Assembly (NCBI GenBank): GCA_963840655.1
Contig: CAWIZS010000009.1
Span: forward strand, 102,283-166,282
From: an uncultured Acidobacteriota bacterium
GTDB lineage: Bacteria; Acidobacteriota; Terriglobia; Terriglobales; Acidobacteriaceae
Direction of reading: 5' to 3'
DNA: 64,000 nucleotides
Shown: positions 58,876-64,000 of the stretch, one piece after another
Layout of the letters: each line of letters opens with the position of its first letter
Position numbering within the stretch: position 1 is the first letter of the stretch
Made by a program: the position numbers and the translations under genes
The notes under the pieces: model-generated
What the model was told of the DNA's origin: nothing
What the model saw: the letters and a program-made list of their open reading frames with translations, nothing else
The model's database searches: none

Positions 58876-59295
58876 TTACTTCGATTTTGCGTCCTTGGGC
58901 GCTTCCGGCAAGGTGTAGATCACTTCCCCCGGGCGGGTATAGTGCATCTGATGGCGCGCCTCATATTCAATGGTGTCGCGATCGCTTTTTAGACGCTGAT
59001 CGTGCAGCGCCATGCGCTGGTTTTCCTTTTGCATCGTCAATATCTGTTGGTGCAGTTGCTCCGCCTGGTGCTGCTTATGCTGATAGGCGACGAGGCCATC
59101 GTGCCCGAAGATCGCGTACAAACCGAGCGATACAGAAAGCGCAAACAGTACCACCGTCGCGGCTTTGCGGCGCATGCCGACGATGCGCGCAGAAATCCGC
59201 TGCATCCGGGTGCCCTGCGGCTCTTCCGCCGCATTCCCTTGCGAATGGCCGGGGATCAACTCCCGCTGCAAATTGTTTTTTGAATCTGAATTCAT
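58876..59295 (-). CDS. ftsB: septum formation initiator (FtsB/DivIC family)
   Basis: A single TM helix followed by the coiled coil ..QHKQHQAEQLHQQILTMQKENQRMALHDQRLKSDRDTIEYEARHQMHYTRPGEVIY.. Confidence 0.7.
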   Translation of the reverse strand: MNSDSKNNLQRELIPGHSQGNAAEEPQGTRMQRISARIVGMRRKAATVVLFALSVSLGLYAIFGHDGLVAYQHKQHQAEQLHQQILTMQKENQRMALHDQRLKSDRDTIEYEARHQMHYTRPGEVIYTLPEAPKDAKSK

Positions 59296-59344
59296 CTCCG
59301 CCCACCCGCAACCGAATTCCCGTTGTTCAAGCCACCGGCCTCCG

Positions 59345-59662
59345 TCATCGTTGTTCCATCACCCACTGCTTGGCGGCTTCCGTCAGCTTCGCCGAATCCT
59401 CTTTCGTCCGCGCTTCCGTGTACACGCACACCACCAGCTCCGTTCCAGAAAGCCGATAGCAAACCCAGGAGCCATCTTCAAAGATCAGCTTCAGCCCGCC
59501 TGTGCGCACCACGCTCGCGACCTTGCGGCCTGCCAGTTCCTTCGGATCAACCTTCAACCTTTCAGTGAATTTGTCTTTGGCCTCCGCCGTCAAGTGAAAG
59601 TTTTCGCGAACCGGAAAATAGGAACCCACTTCGCCAAAAAGGGCCTCTAACTGCGTCGCCAT
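59345..59662 (-). CDS. stand-alone phosphoglucomutase/phosphomannomutase C-terminal (domain IV)-like protein
   Basis: ..GGLKLIFEDGSWVCYRLSGTELVVCVYTEA.. matches the domain-IV pattern DG.K....G.W...RPSGTEP..R.Y.E, but with RLSGTEL in place of RPSGTEP. Only 105 aa. GAGGA lies 5 nt upstream of the ATG. Confidence 0.55.
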   Translation of the reverse strand: MATQLEALFGEVGSYFPVRENFHLTAEAKDKFTERLKVDPKELAGRKVASVVRTGGLKLIFEDGSWVCYRLSGTELVVCVYTEARTKEDSAKLTEAAKQWVMEQR

Positions 59663-59767
59663 ATTTTCCTCGTCTGATCTGAAAAATAGGGGTACGGGAT
59701 GTTGGATGGATCGAAAAAAGCTGCCGTCGAATTTGCAGCGCGGCGCGCCACATCGCGATCGCGGATA

Positions 59768-60100
59768 ATGGTTTCCATGACGGAAGCGCGGCTGGTTCTA
59801 ACCACTGTGGACAATCGCAAGCTAGCGGACGAGCTTGCTCATCGACTTGTCGAACTGAAGCTGGCTGCCTGCGTCAACATCGTCGACCGGGTTCATTCGG
59901 TCTATCGCTGGAAAGGCCAGGTGGAAACCGCCGACGAGATCCTGTTAATCGTCAAAACCTCTGCCGAACGCGTCCCAGCATTGAAGGAGAAAATCCTCCA
60001 GCTTCACACCTACGAATTGCCGGAACTTATTGTTTTAGAAGTAATAGACGGCACGGATGCCTACCTGTCGTGGGTCCTCGCTTCCAGCCGCAGCGAATAG
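59768..60100 (+). CDS. cutA: divalent-cation tolerance protein CutA
   Basis: ..LAACVNIVDRVHSVYRWKGQVETADEILLIVKT..LHTYELPELI.. is the classic CutA1 pattern. Confidence 0.85.
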   Translation: MVSMTEARLVLTTVDNRKLADELAHRLVELKLAACVNIVDRVHSVYRWKGQVETADEILLIVKTSAERVPALKEKILQLHTYELPELIVLEVIDGTDAYLSWVLASSRSE

Positions 60101-60236
60101 CCGGAGCCCCCGGTCAGCAAAACTGTTGCCAAACTCGCTCCCTTATCCAAAGGTTTTTCCGCACAATTTAATTCCAAAACGGAACAATCTTGCTATGATG
60201 GCTGCACTTTAGCCTTTTAATTCCCCCGTTTTCCAG

Positions 60237-60944
60237 GTGATTGCGATGGAAATCCTTTATGTGACCACGATGGCTGCCATTTTTGTCCTGTGCCTCGCGT
60301 TGCTCTTTACGGCGCGCCGCATCCTGCGGTCCTCTCCTCTGTCCAGCGGCGAACTTGCACTCTCCGGCATCTATGAAACCCAAATGCCGGTAGATACTGT
60401 GGAAGAGCCGGTGGAAACCAACGAACCCGCAACGTTCAAACAATCCGTCCGCGACCGGCTGGATTCGGTCGTATCGCGCGCAACCACGCAAGAGCATGTG
60501 GAAAGCGAACCGGTCATGGCGAGCTGGGTGGCTTCGTCGCTGAAGACTACGGTCCGCATGTCCGAGCCTGTTGTCGATGTCGTCGATGAAGAGCAGGATG
60601 AACTGGACAAGTTGAACTCGTTTGTGTCGGAACGAATCCCGCTTGGAAAGATTCACGCAAATGCGATCGAACCTGAACCGCTCGCTACGGAAAGCCACAT
60701 GGCCGATGCTCTAGCGGAGCAATCAATTCATGCGTTTGTGGATTCGACGGTAACAGACTCGTCGGAAAAAATCGTGGAAGAAACTCCGGGAAAGAAAAAG
60801 CGCTCCCGCAAGCCATTGCCGGCGGGATACGGCTACGCATTGGAGTGTTTGCTGCTGGGAATTTCCGTTCTGGTTCTGGTCACAACCCAGCGCAGCAGCA
60901 TGCGGAACCGCTCGTCGCATTCTTCTCAACATCGCGTCGCGTAA
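60237..60944 (+). CDS. hypothetical acidic protein with N- and C-terminal TM helices
   Basis: ORF only. TM helices lie at both ends with a Glu/Asp-rich middle. No motifs were recognised. Confidence 0.45.
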   Translation: MIAMEILYVTTMAAIFVLCLALLFTARRILRSSPLSSGELALSGIYETQMPVDTVEEPVETNEPATFKQSVRDRLDSVVSRATTQEHVESEPVMASWVASSLKTTVRMSEPVVDVVDEEQDELDKLNSFVSERIPLGKIHANAIEPEPLATESHMADALAEQSIHAFVDSTVTDSSEKIVEETPGKKKRSRKPLPAGYGYALECLLLGISVLVLVTTQRSSMRNRSSHSSQHRVA

Positions 60945-61045
60945 ACCCGGCGCACCTGAAAGATGGCGCGGAGTTGTGTCCGAAAATCTCCGCTTGCGAG
61001 TGAATTGCTCCTGTCCGCTGCTTTACTCTATTGCTGGGAGCAATC

Positions 61046-61903
61046 ATGGCAACGGGCACGCAAGCGGCAGTTCGGGAAATCAGCATCGCGCACAGTCCGG
61101 ATTCGGACGATGCATTCATGTTTTACGCATTGGCCAAGGACAAGGTCTCGGTCCCTGGCTATCGCTTCACGCACACGTTGACGGATATCGAAACTCTGAA
61201 TCAGAAGGCGATGCGGGAAGCCTTCTACGACGTAACCGCCATCTCGTTCCATGCCTATCCATACGTACAGGAGAACTACGCCCTGATGCCGTGCGGCGGC
61301 AGCGTTGGCGAAGGCTACGGTCCGATGATCGTCTCCAGGCGCGCGTATTCTCTCGACGAAGCGCGCCGCCTACGCATCGCAATTCCCGGCCCGCTGACCA
61401 CCGCCAATCTGGTTTTGCAGATGGCGCTGCCCGGCGTCGCGACGGAGTTTGTTCCCTTCGATCAGATCATTCCTCAGGTGCTTGCCGGAAAATTCGACGC
61501 CGGACTGATCATCCATGAAGGGCAACTGACCTATGCACGCGACGGCCTGACCTGCGTGCTCGATTTAGGTACGTGGTGGCGCGAACAGACAGGCCTGCCG
61601 TTGCCTTTGGGCGGAAACGCAATTCGCCGCAGCCTGGGCGCGCCGGTGCATCGCATGATGAACCAGGCGCTGCGCGACAGCATCGGATATGCGCTCGATC
61701 ATCGTGAAGAGGCGCTCGCCCATGCCATGCAGTACGCGCGCGATCTGGACGCGCCTTCCGCCAATCGCTTCGTCGGCATGTACGTCAACGAGCGCACGCT
61801 GAATTACGGCGAAGACGGTAAAGAAGCCATCCGCCTCCTTCTGAACATGGGACATGAACGCGGCATCATTCCTCATCCGGTCCGCGTGGATTTTGCCGAG
61901 TAA
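61046..61903 (+). CDS. MqnA/MqnD-family protein (futalosine-route menaquinone biosynthesis, periplasmic-binding-protein fold)
   Basis: ..ISIAHSPDSDDAFMFYAL..TDIETLN..IIHEGQLTY.. is a pattern typical of the family. I cannot separate MqnA from MqnD by eye. Confidence 0.6.
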   Translation: MATGTQAAVREISIAHSPDSDDAFMFYALAKDKVSVPGYRFTHTLTDIETLNQKAMREAFYDVTAISFHAYPYVQENYALMPCGGSVGEGYGPMIVSRRAYSLDEARRLRIAIPGPLTTANLVLQMALPGVATEFVPFDQIIPQVLAGKFDAGLIIHEGQLTYARDGLTCVLDLGTWWREQTGLPLPLGGNAIRRSLGAPVHRMMNQALRDSIGYALDHREEALAHAMQYARDLDAPSANRFVGMYVNERTLNYGEDGKEAIRLLLNMGHERGIIPHPVRVDFAE

Positions 61904-62102
61904 GAACCTCCATCAATAAGGACTTGCGCGTTGCGCGGAATTTGGCACTTTCCTGGTGGCACGTAGGTCAATAAGTTCTCGTGCAACATAAGCGCTGCCC
62001 GTGCAGGGTCTTCCGTTACAAAACTCTTACATTCGCCGCCGACACACCCTGCTAGCCTTGATTTAGCAGCCCAGAAGCTAATTCTCCCCTGAGGTAATTT
62101 TT

Positions 62103-63138
62103 GTGACCCCCATATCCAGCGAAGCAATCGAGACGGACGCTGTCGCGACTGCAACGATCGACACTCAAATGAAAGCAGCCGCGGAATCGCCCTTGATCGC
62201 GACGACTATGGCCGTTCCAGTGCCCGCTGCCCTGCCCCGCCCCATCTCGTCGGCTCCCGTTCATCCAAAATCATCGCTTCCGGTGCTCGGACGCGCCACG
62301 CAGGACCATGGCATTACCTGGACGACGGCCATCTTTCTGGCCATCTTTCACGTCGGAGCCATTGCAGCCTTTTCTTTTTTAGCTGGAGCGCGCTGGCCGT
62401 CTTCGCCGTCACGTACTTTCTGGCAATTAATGTCGGCATCGGCATGTGCTATCACCGCCTGCTGACGCATCGCGGCTACAAAGTTCCCAAATGGCTGGAA
62501 TACACTCTTGCCGATTTTCGCGACCACTGCGCTCGAAGGCGGCCCCATGTTCTGGGTGGCCACGCACCGCGTACATCACCAGCATAGCGATCACGTCGGC
62601 GACCCGCACACGCCAACCGAAGGCACGTGGTGGGCGCACGCCGGCTGGATTTTGAAAGGCAAGGCGCTGCACACGGAAACCGCCATGCTGGCCCGCTACG
62701 CTCCGGATCTCGCCAAAGATCGCTTTTATGTTCTGTTAAGCAAATACCACTGGGTTCCTTTGACTGTGGAAGGTTTGCTGCTGCTCGCGATTGGCGGATG
62801 GAAATGGGTGCTATGGGGCGTATTCCTTCGCGTCACCGTCGGCCTGCATGCAACCTGGCTGGTCAATTCAGCGACGCACAAATGGGGTTCGCGCCGCTTT
62901 CAGACCCGCGACGACTCCCGCAACAGTTGGTGGGTCGCGCTGCTCACAGGCGGCGAGGGATGGCACAACAACCATCACGCGCATCCGGTTTCCGCGCGGC
63001 ACGGGCTTGCCTGGTATGAATTCGATGTCAATTACTACGGCATCTGGCTGTTGAAAAAACTTGGGGCTCGCTCGACACGTGAAGGTCGCGCAGTTCGATC
63101 CCAACGATCCTCGACCGGCTGGCGCGCGCGTCGGCTAA
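62103..63138 (+). pseudogene. acyl-CoA (delta-9-type) fatty acid desaturase, disrupted as assembled by three single-base indels
   Basis: All three His boxes are present (HRLLTH, HRVHHQHSDH, HNNHHAH), but the reading frame changes at the T-run 62375-62380 (-1), at g62513 (+1) and in the G-run 63063-63066 (+1). The corrected C-terminus ..LGLARHVKVAQFDPNDPRPAGARVG stops at 63136-63138. Confidence 0.85.
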
Positions 63139-63165
63139 GCCGCGAAGGTCCCTCTCCTGCCCTTG

Positions 63166-63199
63166 AGCCTGACGGCTATACTGCCGTCAGGCTTTTTTA
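63166..63199 (+). terminator. Rho-independent terminator downstream of the desaturase
   Basis: A perfect 11-bp stem agcctgacggc / gccgtcaggct with a 6-nt loop, followed by ttttttatt. Confidence 0.8.
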
Positions 63200-63230
63200 T
63201 TGCTCTGCGAGCTTTGCGACATCGACTGCT

Positions 63231-64000
63231 ATGCAAATCACTCGCCGCCGCGGAACGATCGCCTTCTTCATCACGCTGGGCGCCTGCCTGGTGGCGCTGG
63301 CCATTGCGCTGAACGTCGGCTGGGTCATTCTTAACTGGCACGAAATCGTTCCGCTTGTTCTTGGCATCTTCTTCTTCGGAATTCTGATTGCCGGCGTGGT
63401 CCTGAACACAATCTTTCTGGTGCGCGAAATCCGCCGCAACGAACGGCATGACAGCTTCCTGAACGCCGTCACGCATGAACTGAAAACGCCCATCGCCTCC
63501 ATTCGGCTGTATCTGGAAACGCTGCAGCGCCGCGACCTCAGCGAGGAAAAACGCCAGGAATTTTACGGCATCATGATCGACGACAGCGAGCGTCTGCTGG
63601 CCACTGTCGAGCAGGTGCTGAAGGCCGGCGAAGTCGGGCAGCGCGGCGCCGACGATATCAGCGTTCGCGTGGACATTCGAAACCATGGTGAAGGAGTGCA
63701 TCGCGACCGTCGCATTGCGCAACCATCTTCCGCCGGAAGCGCTTGTTCTTTCCGTCGAAACCGGCAAGCTATCTACGGTTGTCCTCGGCAATCCGGAAGA
63801 CCTGCGCGACCGCGATGATGAACGTACTCGACAACGCGGTGAAATATTCGCCGAAGGATCCGCAAATTCGCGTCCATCTCAGCGTGGAACACGATGCCTG
63901 GGTCGTGATTCGCGTGACCGACAATGGAATCGGAATTTCCAGCGTCCATCTCAAGCGCATCTTCAAACGGTTCTACCGCGCTCCCAGCATGGCAATTCTC
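63231..64000 (+). pseudogene. sensor histidine kinase (PhoR-like), 3'-truncated by the window edge and carrying two 1-nt insertions as assembled
   Basis: Two TM helices, H-box HELKTPIASIRLYLETL, then frame changes near 63680-63682 and 63805-63812. The N-box MMNVLDNAVKYS and G1-box VTDNGIGIS appear only in the shifted frames. Confidence 0.8.

Noticed and set aside
61936-61965. Sigma-54-like TGGCAC element upstream of the desaturase
   Set aside because: tggcactttcctggtggcacg has TGGCAC but no TTGC at the required 4-5 nt spacing, so it does not fit the -24/-12 consensus.

Overview
High-GC (roughly 58-60% by eye) bacterial chromosomal window. Gene content and repeat style fit an Acidobacteriota-type soil bacterium, but that is an untested inference. 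Four blocks are present. (i) 1.6-15.8 kb: a plus-strand NADH:quinone oxidoreductase operon, nuoA-C-D-orf-E-F-hicA-hicB-G-H-J-K-L-M-N. It has no nuoB and no nuoI. It carries an unknown ORF between nuoD and nuoE and a hicAB toxin-antitoxin pair between nuoF and nuoG, and it has single-base frameshifts in nuoD and nuoG. A partial F-type ATP synthase operon (atpZ-atpI-atpB-atpE, minus strand) converges on it. (ii) 18-33 kb: housekeeping and envelope genes (DUF4396-like protein, lysS, PLP decarboxylase, GT2, MFS, CPA2 antiporter, epoxide hydrolase, queF, MFP-TPR-TolC). (iii) 33.4-48.2 kb: a hopanoid supercluster. hpnJ plus two half-size EamA genes on the plus strand converge on a minus-strand string ispH-shc-hpnH-orf141-hpnA-hpnG-adh-adh-hpnC-hpnD-hpnE. 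The two Zn-dehydrogenases, orf141 and the EamA pair have no assigned hopanoid role and are the best candidates for new biology, for example the unassigned ribosylhopane-to-bacteriohopanetetrol reductase. (iv) 48-64 kb: GH74-like hydrolase, M20 and S9 peptidases, an unknown secreted protein plus GH18, an OprB-like porin, ftsB, an orphan phosphoglucomutase domain-IV ORF, cutA, an MqnA/MqnD-family gene, a triple-frameshifted acyl-CoA desaturase and a frameshifted histidine kinase. A 45-100 bp dispersed repeat (core ..cgctcggaatgacaaa..) occurs five times, always in plus orientation and always just 3' of a minus-strand gene. I saw no rRNA, tRNA, CRISPR array, transposase or integrase. All functional calls rest on motif recognition in the translated ORFs; no database search was possible.
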